Shown here one piece after another: positions 1 through 11,133 of a DNA stretch of 64,000 nt. How positions within the stretch are numbered: position 1 is the stretch's first letter; each line of letters starts with the position of its first letter. The notes under the pieces are model-generated. The model did not search any database and had not been told where the DNA came from. It worked only from the letters and a program-made list of their open reading frames with translations. The translations under genes and the position numbers were made by a program. The DNA comes from Azolla caroliniana (taxonomy: Eukaryota; Plantae; Polypodiophyta). The stretch spans positions 12,896,001 to 12,960,000 of the forward strand of contig JBHGNT010000009.1 of assembly GCA_043228905.1 (NCBI GenBank), in the 5' to 3' direction.

Positions 1-267
1 CCGGTGACCTATATAAAGGCCCGGTTACAATGTAAAACTTTAACGGAGAATTAATATAAGCTTCTTGTTTTATCTTCACGTATTGATTACCGTTCTGTAT
101 TAATTGTTATATCTTACGCGTGTATTAAGTGAATGCCCTATTGCTAAGTAGCCAATTAAGTCGGATTAATCGTTGTGTCTTAAGTTATCTCGCCGTAACA
201 CCCCTTTGGTGAAGTGTCTTCCGTAGATACCTTGTGTTAGGCCATTGTGCGGCCCTAAGGATTCACA
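1..267 (+). repeat. Partial LTR (TATA through U5) of the same family as the LTR at 13230-13678
   Basis: Near reverse complement of 13230-13495. Contains CCTATATAAAGG and ends GATTCACA, abutting another LTR. Confidence 0.85.
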
Positions 268-1828
268 GAATTCAAGCCATTGAACGTTACAAGAATATAA
301 GGTATAGAGCATTCACATTTGGAGGCAAAGAACACGAACCAATATCTTAAGAATAAGTCAAAAGTAAAAGTAAGAGACATAGATAAAAGTAAAAAGAGAA
401 AAAAGCGGGCCATAAAAAATAGTAAAAAAGGAATGGTCATAACTCTTTCGTTTTAAACCCAAATATTCTGTTTAAATATGGGTTAGAAAGCGTGTAAATA
501 GAGCTATCTATAGCTTTTTAAATCTCTAAATTTGGAGCTGGGATAAGGGAGATATCACGATTAGAAGTTCGATGTGTCGTAGCTAAAAATAGGAGATAAA
601 AAGCTTCTAAAAATAGCGTGAACGAGAAAGAAGAAGAAAATTATAAAAGAGGAAGTGATAATCTTAGAAAAGGGGGTCCTAATAGAGAAGAGGTCCTAAT
701 AGAGGAGGAGGAGTCTTGGAAGGAGGGATCCTATGAGTGGGGGAGGAGTCTTGGGAAGAGGTGTCTTAGTGGAAGAGGAAGGGTCTTAGTAGTGGGTTTG
801 AATGATTGGAAGTAAGAAGATCTTTGGTTTTTTAGTTCAATGTGGAGTTTATCTCCTCTGTATGGTCTTGATAATTGAATATTATAACATTCTTATCCCT
901 TTCTCATCTTCTTTATCTTTTGTGTTAATTTCTTGAGTCTCCCTCTCTAATTCGTAGTTACCTTGGTCGTTATAATCTATTTTAATTCACAACTCTCTCT
1001 AATATGCTTGGTCAAGCCCTCATATTGTGTACGACAATCCTTTGCCTTATACACCCTATCATTTTGGCACTCCAGGGAGGGTCGATCCTTTTCGTATAGG
1101 AGGGTGTACTTATCCTTTCTTTGTGTTACTATACTACATTAACTAAGCAATGCAGTTCACATTTTTGGGAGAAAGAACACAAGATGCTGGTGCCTTTTCG
1201 ACATCCTTTGAGCATCATGCTGTCTCTATTGGATGCATCGCCGACAATGAAAAGTTTCCCTTGTTGGTAGCTACATGCTATGGTCGAGCTCGTGAATGGT
1301 ATGACTCTCTTCCACCAAATGAACAAGGAGAATATCAATTGTTGGTGCACCAGTTTCATTCCAGATACATTCCATGACGAAGTGCAACGAAAGTAAGGGA
1401 AGAATTTTTTCGACTCAAGATGAAATCACCTTTTGGTTTCATTGAATATGAAATAAATTTCAAGGACTTGTGGATGACATGGATTCGTCTTCGTGGTGGT
1501 ACTGAAGACGAGTGGTTTATGATGGAACGATTCAAGATGGGTCTTGACATGTATTTTCGTTTGGAGGCAAACTTGAAGGATCTACATCTTTTCAAGCTCT
1601 TCTCCAAGTTTGTCAAGGTTATGATCGGCAAGTGAAAATTATGAGTTCCATGGGGTTTCCCCAAATGACGGCTTTAGGTGCAAATTTGATGCCTCGTGCC
1701 AATCTTCAAACCTCATCTTCAATTCTGCATAGTGGACAAGTGTTTCCAAATGTGTATACCACCACAACAATAAACCCAACAAGTATATTTCAAGAAGTGG
1801 AGCAAGGAAAGAGTGAACAAGGTATTAT
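268..1828 (+). mobile_element. 5' part of a degraded Ty3/gypsy element: LTR 268-1061, PBS 1065-1085, gag remnant 1150-1650
   Basis: LTR ends TATCA, followed by TTT TGGCACTCCAGGGAGGGTCGA (tRNA-complementary). The ORF has a retrotransposon gag-like motif GRAREWYDSLP. The LTR resembles 3915-4063. Confidence 0.7.
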
Positions 1829-2556
1829 GGCATCTTGTGTTCTTTCTCCCAAAAACGCGAACTGCATTGCTTAGTTAATGTAGTATAGTAACACAAAGAA
1901 AGGATAAGTACTCCCTCCTATACGGAAAGGATCGACCCTCCCTGGAGCGCCAAAAATGAAAGAATGATGATAGAAAGAAAAGATATATAAATCTAAAACT
2001 ACAAAGATCTATTGATCATGAAAGAAGGAAGAGAGAAAGAAGGTACAACTACAAATATCTACTAATAAGAATTCAAACAACACTACATGAATTGGAAAGA
2101 AATCATCACAAGAAAGAGACTCTTCCCCTCCACCTTACTCTTCTTGTTTTATATGAAGTTCTCCTCTACTAGATAAGTTTTCCTTGTTTTCTTTTCCACG
2201 CTTTTTTTAGAGCTTTTCCATCTCCTATTCTTAGCTATGACACAAAGATATTCTAATCATCATATCTCCCTCATCAGAGCTCCAAAATTAGTGATTTAAA
2301 AAGCTACAGATAGTAGACTTCACGAGCTTTCTAACACATATATGCACATTACATTTGGTTTCCAAAAGAAAGAGTTATAAGCGTTTGTTTGAGACTGTGT
2401 TTGGTGGCCCGCTTTTTTCTTCTTTTACTTTTTTCCATGTATTTTGCTTTTAGTTTGACTTATCCTCAAGACCTTGATTCATGTTCTTGACCTCCGGATG
2501 TGAATCCTCCATACCTTATATTCTTGTAGACTTCAATACCTTGAATTCTAAAAACA
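1829..2556 (-). mobile_element. Inverted sibling element: 5' LTR 1957-2556, PBS 1932-1952, first gag codons
   Basis: 1829-1960 is a near reverse complement of about 1060-1190. The LTR start TGTTTTTAGAATTCAAGG matches 3915. Confidence 0.8.
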
Positions 2557-3450
2557 CTTTCACATTTACATCCGATTGTGGTGTTTGCTCCATTCGAGAA
2601 ATGGGGAATCGATGCTGTGGGTTCTCTTCCAAAGACTGAACATGGTAAGGAGTATATCTTGGTGGCAGTTGATTACATGACCAAGTGGGCTGAAGTAGTG
2701 GCAACTTCTTCAATCAAATCTAGGGATGTGGCTCAATTCATCTACCGTAATATTTGTACGAGATTTGGTGTACCATTAGAGATTGTATTAGATCATGGTC
2801 CAAGTTTTCGTGGTGAAGCATTGGGTTATTTATTAGAGAAATTGAAGATAAAGCATAGGTACTCTACCCCAAATTATCCTCAAGCTAATGGTGCATTAGA
2901 GAAGGTGAATGGTATTTTGATTAAAAATCTCCAAAAATTTGTTAGCGATAAAATGAGAACTTGGGATAAGTTCCTTGATGATGCTATGTGGGCATACCGT
3001 GTGTCCTTTAAGTTATCCACGGGTTTTACCCCATTTTTTTAGTGTATGGATAGGAGACTTTATTTCCTATTGAACTACAAGTGCGAAGTAATCGACTTAT
3101 GCAAGCTTCGTTGCGTGATGGAAAAAGTGCTATGGAGGATCGGTTGCCACACAACCATGTCTTGCAATATTCAAGAGAAGAAGCGATAGATCACTACTTA
3201 CAACAAGCATTGAGGAGAAAACAATATTATGACAAAAAATCAAGACTGGAAACTTTTCTTAAAGGTTCAAGTGCTAGTTCTTCGTTATGATAACTGTTTT
3301 GACAACATCAAAGGTCAAAAAATGGTGAATCGATGGGAGGGACCCTTTGTTGTGCATGAAGTTTACGACAATGGGAGTTAACAACTCAAGGACATGGATG
3401 GCACAATACATGAGCTACAAGTAAATGGATGGCGTTTAAAGAAATATGTG
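2557..3450 (+). pseudogene. Ty3/gypsy integrase (rve core and GPY/F tail), frameshifted
   Basis: PFEKWGIDAVG, YILVAVDYMTKWAE, RFGVPLEIVLDHG, YPQANGALEKVN, RWEGPF. Confidence 0.9.
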
Positions 3451-3892
3451 AATCGTGGACCCACATATCTACATAATATGAATGAAGATCTTGAGGATGA
3501 TACGATTGAGGAAGACATTGACTTGGTCCCATGTTTCTTCTTCAATTAGGTAAGTGTGGAAATATTCTTTCCTTTTTTTTACAAGGACAAGAATATATAC
3601 ATGTTATTACCAAATATTTTGTATTAGGAGTGTGAGATGATACGATAGAGGAAGACATTGACTTGGTCCCATGTTTCTTATTCAATTAGGTAAGTGTGGA
3701 AATATTCTTTCCTTTTTTTTTACAAGGACAAGAATATATACATGTTATTACCGACTAGCAGGGGTTTTTACTCACATAATTTGTTTCTTTTTTATTCTCT
3801 CCTTCTTTGTCTACAGCCATGAATAAGGCGAACGAGAATCTTTGGTTTTATTAGTAGCTTAGGGTTTACCATAAATGGTTCACCAAGAAGCA

Positions 3893-4063
3893 AGGGGGAG
3901 GGCTAATGGGAAAATGTTTTTAGAATTCAAGGTATTGACGTCTACAAGAATATAAGGTATGGAGCGTTCACATCCGGAGGTCAAGAACACGAATCAAGGT
4001 CTTGAGGATAAGTCAAACTAAAAGCAAGATACATGGAGAAAAGTAAAAGAAGAAAAAAGTAGG
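3893..4063 (+). repeat. PPT and truncated 3' LTR (starts 3915)
   Basis: AGGGGGAGGG...GGGAAAA precedes TGTTTTTAG. The LTR is cut by an insertion at 4064. Confidence 0.8.
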
Positions 4064-5044
4064 TGTCATAATATGGCAAGACTCAAACCCATGACCTTAT
4101 GTTACATGGGTCAAGCTCTTGACCATTAGACTATATGTTATAATATAAAAAACATTATTTTCATTTAAGTTTTACTATAGAAAATTGATGTATATTCCAA
4201 ATTTCTCTGGAACATTTTAGAAACTTCAGGAGTACTCCTGAGAACACTATAAAAGGAGGCACAATGCATTATTTCGAACCAAATCGGTTCAACACCTGTC
4301 TTAAGCCTCCTAGCTACTATTGTATATTCCCTTAACATAATATATATCTTTTGTTATCCTCATTCTTTCTTTCTCTCTCTCTCTCTCTCTCTCTCTTTCC
4401 TTCTCTCGAGAGTTCTACACCTCCCTTAGTACTAATCCTCGTCTTATAGTACTAATTCCTTCTCTGTCTTAGTACTGTTCTTGATAGTACTTCTCTGTCT
4501 TAGTACTGCTACTGACCGTTTGAACTGATTTCTTCCTCTCCTTCCTTCACTTCCTTTATCTTCTTACTTCTCCCTCCCTTCATACTAATCTCTTATTCCT
4601 ATTTTCTCTCATACTATGGCCATTGTTAGCGCTCAAGAATATCAATCCGTTTTCATAGAGCTGCAATGCTCGAAAGAGAAGTTCCTTGTTTTGGAACAAG
4701 AAAATCAATGGTTGTTGGGGGATCTTCAACAAATCTCCTTAGAAAAGGAGCAGACACAACAACACTAGAGGGAACTAGTACGCGTGCAACAACTCGACGC
4801 AACCATAGTAGCGATGCAACAACAAGGACTCAGTACGCAAGGGATTCATAAAGAACCCAAGATCGGTCTTCCCATGAAATTCGATGGAACACGATCGTAG
4901 TTTAGAGGATTCCTTAATCATGTACGATTATTCATTCAAATGCATCCTTCTCGATATCCCACCGATGCATCACAAGTGGGACTAGTAGGTAGTCTACTTA
5001 GTGGCACGTCTTTGGCATGGTTCGCCCCCCTGTTAGAAAAAAAC
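4064..5044 (+). mobile_element. Truncated chromovirus (Tcn1/Tf1-like): 5' LTR 4064-4517, self-priming site, start of gag
   Basis: Starts TGTCATA, TATA near 4248. The gag segment KEPKIGLPMKFDG...HPSRYPTDASQVGLVG...LAWFAPLLE is homologous to gag at 54925-55110. Confidence 0.85.
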
Positions 5045-5625
5045 TTAAAATGAAAACAATACATATATTTATATACATTACAAGTATAGGCTAAATGGTA
5101 AGGTTTGAACACCATAAGGTTGAGGTTGGTGGTTCAAGTCCTCTTTTGCCCATGTAATTTTGTGCATGTATTATATTACATGGTTTAGACTATAAAATAC
5201 TACTTCAAATCATATATTTTTTTATAAATTATTAGTATAGGCTAAATGGTAACCTTTGAGTGTCATAAGGTAGGGTTTATTAGTTCAAGTCCTCTCTTGT
5301 CCATGTAATATAATAAATATATATATTTTTGTCTCTACATATAATGTATAATATTATCATAGTATCTTATTAACATTATAAAGGTTTATTTTATTTTCAT
5401 TACATATTTATCTTATTGTAGACTTTTAATGTGATGTTTTTGTACGTCACGACACCGGTAACCGAACTCATCATCACCGTATCCAAGGAATATGCATGGT
5501 TGGGACTTTGGATCCAGCTTTTCTCTGTACAACAGTTACAACGATGTCTTACACCTAAAGTGATTGCTCTAAGTCATATTGATACTTATATGAACTTAGG
5601 GCCATTTACAAATGTAGCCTCAATA
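5045..5625. repeat. About 580-bp direct duplicate of 10431-11010 (LTR part plus flanking copia DNA)
   Basis: Near-identical by eye, including the LTR/copia junction TCACGACA|C(C/A)GGTAAC. Confidence 0.9.
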
Positions 5626-5706
5626 GCTTTTGTACTTTTAATGTGAACCTTTTGTACTTCACGACATCCACCCCCTCTAGACCTACACATCCTCCGACAT
5701 GTGCCA

Positions 5707-6940
5707 CTATCTTTTATCTTCATGTTGATCTATTGGAGGAGGTTCAAGCTCAAACCTTTTCTTAAATACTTTTATCCTCTTTCCAACTACCACGTTTAGG
5801 ATTAGTGTCCCATCCAATTCATTAAGCTTATAAGTAAAATTAGCATATACTTTTCTTATTATGTGAGGCCCAAACCATCTTTCAACGAACTTGTGGACAG
5901 TGCTATGTTGATGATCTAAACTGCTATCATACACAAGCACCCAATCCCCTTCTTCTATCTTCTTATATCAAATTCTATGAGTTTTATCAAAACAAATTTT
6001 ATTCTTCAATCGAGCCTCCTTCAATCGTTGGGTTGCTAATTCTACATCTTCAAGTCGAGGCTCTAAGCAAAGCCAACACTTCTTCTCTGCTCAGCTCTTC
6101 TCTCCATGGAATAGATGTCCTTGACCTAATTGATCCTTCTATTGGCATGATGGGCTTTTGGCCAAGTATCAATTCAGCTGGCATATATCTTGTTACCGAA
6201 CTATGTGTTGTCCGATCTGCCCATAGTGCATACGGTAGCAGGCGTGGCCAATCTCTTAATTTACCTTTACAACTTTTCACGATCACCTTAACTATTGGGC
6301 TATGTCCTCTTTCAATCTTTCCATTGGCTTCTGGATTATACGCAGTTGTAAGCGATAATTTGACCCCTATCTGGCTGAAGAATTCTCTAGCTTCATCAGA
6401 GTCAAGTTCTCCTCTATCTGCAAATATTTTACCAACACACCCATAACGACATATTACATCTTCTAACAAAAATTACATACAACTCTAGTTGTTTTTTGTC
6501 GTAGTGTTCTTCCTTCTACTTGGTTTGTAAGGTCTTCTCTTGCTAGTACTAAATATCGCATTTGACCTTCCCCAAATGGCATTGTCACTAGATCAACCAT
6601 CCATTTATAATGCATTGATGATGAATATGTTGGTTTTAGCTCATCTCGATATCGAATAGTTGAATACCTTTGACATATTTCACAAGTTTCCACAAATTTC
6701 ATTACATCTTTATACATATGTGGCCACCAATACTTCTCTTTTAACTTCATAAATGTTGCCCATATGCCTCTATGTCTTGCCCACAAACTATCATTGAATT
6801 CAGTAATTAATTTTCTTTTAATATCATCCTTACAAATGACTCGAAGAGGATTTTTCGTTGGCCTTTTTGGGTGCCTCCAAAGATGCCCTTCATGTAAAAA
6901 AAAATTAATGCTCTTCTTCGAAATTCATTTAGTTGTTTCA
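5707..6940 (-). pseudogene. Integrase (zinc finger, core, GPY/F tail)
   Basis: WARHRG...YWWPHM...CEICQ, KWMVDLV, AYNPEANGKIERGH, RWFGPH. Confidence 0.9.
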
Positions 6941-7547
6941 AAGGATGTCTTTGAAAGCCGCGATCTCTGATTGTAGACGAAATTCACCCCCTCGGACTCT
7001 TAAGTTATTTATTGTATCCAAAGTGAAGTGATGTCCAATCTTCTCTATTGGTCGAAGCATAGGCTCAGTTGATGTTGCCTTCATCTTCTCTTTGCTACCA
7101 ATAGGTAATGGTACTGCAATAGGTTTAATCTTTTTATCTATTGTTTTATATTTTGTGTTACATAAACCTTCTACTTCTTCATATTTACAATTATACTTAT
7201 CAATTTCATAATACATATCAACTGAGTTTACATGTATCTTTCTAACATTCTCATCATCTTCTTTCAAATACATTTCTAACTCTTCTAAATTATTTGCGAA
7301 AGAAATTTCTTCCATAACACTTTCAATCTGGTCTTCCATTTCAAGTACTCCATTATCCTTCAATGCCTGCTAAAACAAATTAGTATTCTTTTTCAAGTTC
7401 CTCTTGCATTCATACATCCTAGTCACACATATATCACCACTTTCAGAAACATGAAATGACTTATTCATATGTTGTAATGCCCTATATGAGGGTCTTTTAA
7501 TAATGGGACTATTGCAACCCTCACTCACAACAGTCATAGTCAAAAAC

Positions 7548-8126
7548 CTAATTATCAAAATCATCACAGTCTTTTGGTATTGAATGATCACGAAGCTCTT
7601 GCATGTTCCTCTCATGATTTGGGCGAACTGTCATAAACTGTATAGTTCGTCGTCCATCTTGGCTATGGATTTTCGCATAGGCAGAACCATTGTCAAGGAC
7701 TTTGGTCTCCATCTGTACTGCTATGATGTATGGTTGCCCCAAGATTATTGGATAGGTCTAAGATCCTTCCTGCACAAAGAAATGTTGATCTAACTCTATA
7801 TCACCAATGGTAACTTTTACATTTGGGCATGCACCAAATAAATCTTCGGTTACTGATGTGGCTCCTTTTACTCGCCAACCATGCTGAGTATCAATTGGCC
7901 ATCTACCTTTCCTGTAAAAATCAGCACTCATTATATTTATTTCAGAACCATGATCAATAAGTGCCATCACCGGGTTTGGATCATTTCCAATCTTCACATG
8001 ATGCTCAGTAGTGGCTCTTGCCCAACATTTGCAAGAGTAGTTGCTTCTTGCATCTATTGAACTTATCATTGAGGTTGATGCATGTTGAGAGTCAACAACG
8101 ATATTGTTTGACTTGTTGCTCACCAC
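7548..8126 (-). pseudogene. Retropepsin-like aspartic protease
   Basis: MALIDHGSEINIMS, followed by an ILGQPY-type flap motif. Confidence 0.8.
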
Positions 8127-8183
8127 TTCATATGTTACCTTTGGATTTGTCTCTTTAACCTGCTCATTAATTTTCTTCTTTCT

Positions 8184-9713
8184 TCACGCAATATCAATTA
8201 TTTCATCATAAAATTCCTTTTTTGCAATACCTAACACTTCTCTTAGTGTAAATTCTACTCCACTGTCTAGTATTCTTGTTTCTAAAACTTTCTTTAAATC
8301 TGTATCTTTTTCAATATCAGACATTAATTTGAATGAAGGACCAGATTTACTTTTTTCAACTTTTGCGTCCATCTCTTTTCTTTTGCTTCCTCTTGTCTCA
8401 TGCTTTTCTGTTGAGCCAATCTCATCATCCGGCCTTTTCCTTTTTTCTTCCACTATCATCTCATGCTCTTTGTGTTCTGCCATCTGAGCATAGACCGTCA
8501 TAGCATCTACTGGAACATCCCATCCAGTGTTTTTCCTTACAGAATCTCCGGCAACATGAAGGTCTTCCATCTTCATCTTTTGCTTTTGTGTGGTACTTAC
8601 AACCTTCTCCCAGAATGATGATCGGGATGGCATGTCATCGAGGCGCATTCCTTTCGTTGCCGAGTAGTACATTGTGGAAGCCTTCTTTGCTTCAGCTTCT
8701 TCAAATTTAACCTTAACACCACCATCACCAAAGTTCTTTGTAAGTGGACTTCTAGTTTCAATTAAATAAATGTTACCATTTTTCCAATACACCAAGTCTC
8801 GATTTTCCAGGTCTTTATATTCTTCACAATCACGTAGACGATGTTCAAGACTATCGCACCACATGCATCGGGGTCGAAATGGTTCCCTTAACCTCAAAGT
8901 TTGACCATTCTCAAGCTTTGCCACTTTAATTGTTAGATCTTTCATACTTTGAACTAAATCATCAAGAAAAGACTCACTCTTAGTTCCGATCATTTCGCGT
9001 GGTTGATGCACCATTTCATGTGATGGTTCTCGACCATGTCTTTGAACTTCAATGTTTTGATCAAGCCGATTCATGATTCCCTCATGTGGTATTTGTAGCA
9101 TTACACCATTCCTTTGCATTCTTTTCATAAATTTATTACAAGCATTTGTTACCTCATTCCAATCTGCCGTTATACCATCCTGAGTATTTGGCACTTCAAG
9201 CATAAATTCCAATTCTTTTCTATATCTCTTGTCAACTGCCTGCAAAAATAAAGCAACCTTTTGCCAAGACAAAGAATTTCTTTCTTCTGGCTTTAAGTGT
9301 CCATACATCCTATCAAACTCTCTTTTTGTGTCAGCGACAGATAACCCTTTATCTTCTTTTAAGATCCATTCATGAAATGAACGCATAGTAACTCGAGATA
9401 AATCTTCACGAGAATATTCAGACACAAGCACTTCTTTGAATGCATTCCAATCCAAACTATGCAATGCTTGTATTTCACGAATTCTATCTCGTAATTCCAT
9501 TTCCACTAATTTAAAAAAGTTTGCTATCATATTGACATCATTCACACCAAACATTTCCAATTCATGATAATATATATTGACATACTTGGAGATATTTGTG
9601 CCATCAAACACACCAATCTTCTCTCGGACTTCTCGTAAGGCATGAAATAATTGAACTTGATTCAATTTTTCAATAAATAACCTTACCAGATCCATTGTAC
9701 TCATACTTGCCAT
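8184..9713 (-). CDS. gag: Gag-like protein (509 aa) with CCHC zinc knuckle
   Basis: FDGTNISKY capsid-type start and CMWCDSLEHRLRDC. Begins just downstream of the PBS. Confidence 0.8.
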   Translation of the reverse strand: MASMSTMDLVRLFIEKLNQVQLFHALREVREKIGVFDGTNISKYVNIYYHELEMFGVNDVNMIANFFKLVEMELRDRIREIQALHSLDWNAFKEVLVSEYSREDLSRVTMRSFHEWILKEDKGLSVADTKREFDRMYGHLKPEERNSLSWQKVALFLQAVDKRYRKELEFMLEVPNTQDGITADWNEVTNACNKFMKRMQRNGVMLQIPHEGIMNRLDQNIEVQRHGREPSHEMVHQPREMIGTKSESFLDDLVQSMKDLTIKVAKLENGQTLRLREPFRPRCMWCDSLEHRLRDCEEYKDLENRDLVYWKNGNIYLIETRSPLTKNFGDGGVKVKFEEAEAKKASTMYYSATKGMRLDDMPSRSSFWEKVVSTTQKQKMKMEDLHVAGDSVRKNTGWDVPVDAMTVYAQMAEHKEHEMIVEEKRKRPDDEIGSTEKHETRGSKRKEMDAKVEKSKSGPSFKLMSDIEKDTDLKKVLETRILDSGVEFTLREVLGIAKKEFYDEIIDIA

Positions 9714-10838
9714 GTTGATGTTGATCTTTACTTTAGATGTCTCCTCTACTTCCCTGTTTCACGTCGGGTTCCCTAGATTGTGTCATGACATGGCTCGCCT
9801 AGAAGCGTAGCGTTGCGTAGACAAAATATAACGTGAGAGTGAGGAAGGAATTGATGGGATTATGAATGGAAGAGACGAAAGAGTAGAGATGGAGTGAATA
9901 GAGATCAATAAGATATGACAAGATAGGATTTTTAAGGAATATAAGATATGACAAGATAAGATATAAAATAATATTTGAGAAAATATATGAAATTTATAAT
10001 CATTTTCATGAAAGAGTTACAAAATGGTTGCAAGCGTCATTTAACCTTCAATTCTTGTCTTGCAAGGTAACCACCTTCCTCTTTCTTAATAGTAGACCAT
10101 ATTCTTCCCTTCAATCTCTCGACAAGTACAAGACTCGAAACCCCGCCCTTCCGTTGCAAGTTGAGGACCACAACCATCAAGCTAGTTCTTCTCTTCTCTT
10201 AAAAATACCTTTTTCTCCCTCTTTCTCTATTATAATATATCTTTCTCTAGATCATATATAATCCTCTCAATCTTATTTCTTAGGTTCCTTTGTCTATACT
10301 TCCTTCTTCTTTTATAGGAAAGAGATGGTTCTACATGTGGGCCATGTGGCCCACATGCAGAGAGGCTCTTGCATGTGTGGTATATGGTGCACTTGTAGCA
10401 TGTTTCATGGTTTTAACCATATAATACTAGTTAAAATGAAAACAAGACACATATTTATATACATTATAAGTATAGGTTAAATGGTAAGGTTTGAACACCA
10501 TAAGGTTGAGGTTGGTGGTTCAAGTCCTCTTTTGCCCATGTAATTTTGTGCATGTGTTATATTACATGGTTTAGACTATAAAATACTACTTCAAATCATA
10601 TATTATTTTGTAAACTATTAGTATAGGCTAAATGGTAACCTTTGTGTCATAAGGTAGGGTTTATTAGTTCAAGTCCTCTCTTGTCCATGTAATATAATAA
10701 ATATATATATTTTTGTCTCTACATATAATGTATAATATTATCATAGTATCTTATTAACATTATAAAGGTTTATTTTATTTTCATTACGTATTTATCTTAT
10801 TGTAGACTTTTAATGTGATGTTTTTGTATGTCACGACA

Positions 10839-11133
10839 CAGGTAACGGAACTCATCATCACCGTATCCAAGGAATATGCATGGTTGGGACTTTGGATCCA
10901 GCTTTTCTCTGTACAACAGTTACAACGATCTCTTACACCTAAAGTGATTGCCCTAAATCATATTTATACTTATATGAACTTAGGGCTATTTACAAATGTA
11001 GCGTCAATAGGCTTACTCAAGACATATTTACAAATATGTCTTCTCTTCCGGTTCTCACCAGGTCCATCCAATCCTGTTTGCAGATCTCCTCATTCACAAC
11101 CAAATCCCATCCGGAGGGACCGATTTCCCAACA
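10839..11133 (-). mobile_element. Internally deleted Ty1/copia remnant (LTR start at 11133 fused to integrase tail)
   Basis: TGTTGGGAAATCGGTCCCTCCGGATG resembles the LTR start at 36499. Encodes KLDPKSQPCIFLGYGDDEF. Confidence 0.75.

Larger units (their letters stand above)
5626..10838 (-). mobile_element. tRNA-Trp-primed Ty3/gypsy element with RT/RNase H deleted: 5' LTR 9781-10838, PPT near 5667-5680, 3' LTR stub 5626-5666
   Basis: LTR TGTCGTGAC...CATGACA, degenerate PBS GAACCCGACGTGAAA at about 9757-9772, domain order gag-PR-(deletion near 6940)-IN. Confidence 0.85.

Noticed and set aside
3491-3752. Tandem duplication of about 140 bp in a 3' UTR, plus CT microsatellites at 4370 and 21221
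   Set aside because: Ordinary slippage or duplication with no sign of function.
5086-5303. Functional tRNA-Met genes
   Set aside because: Acceptor and anticodon stems do not pair. Reported only as LTR-borne cassettes.
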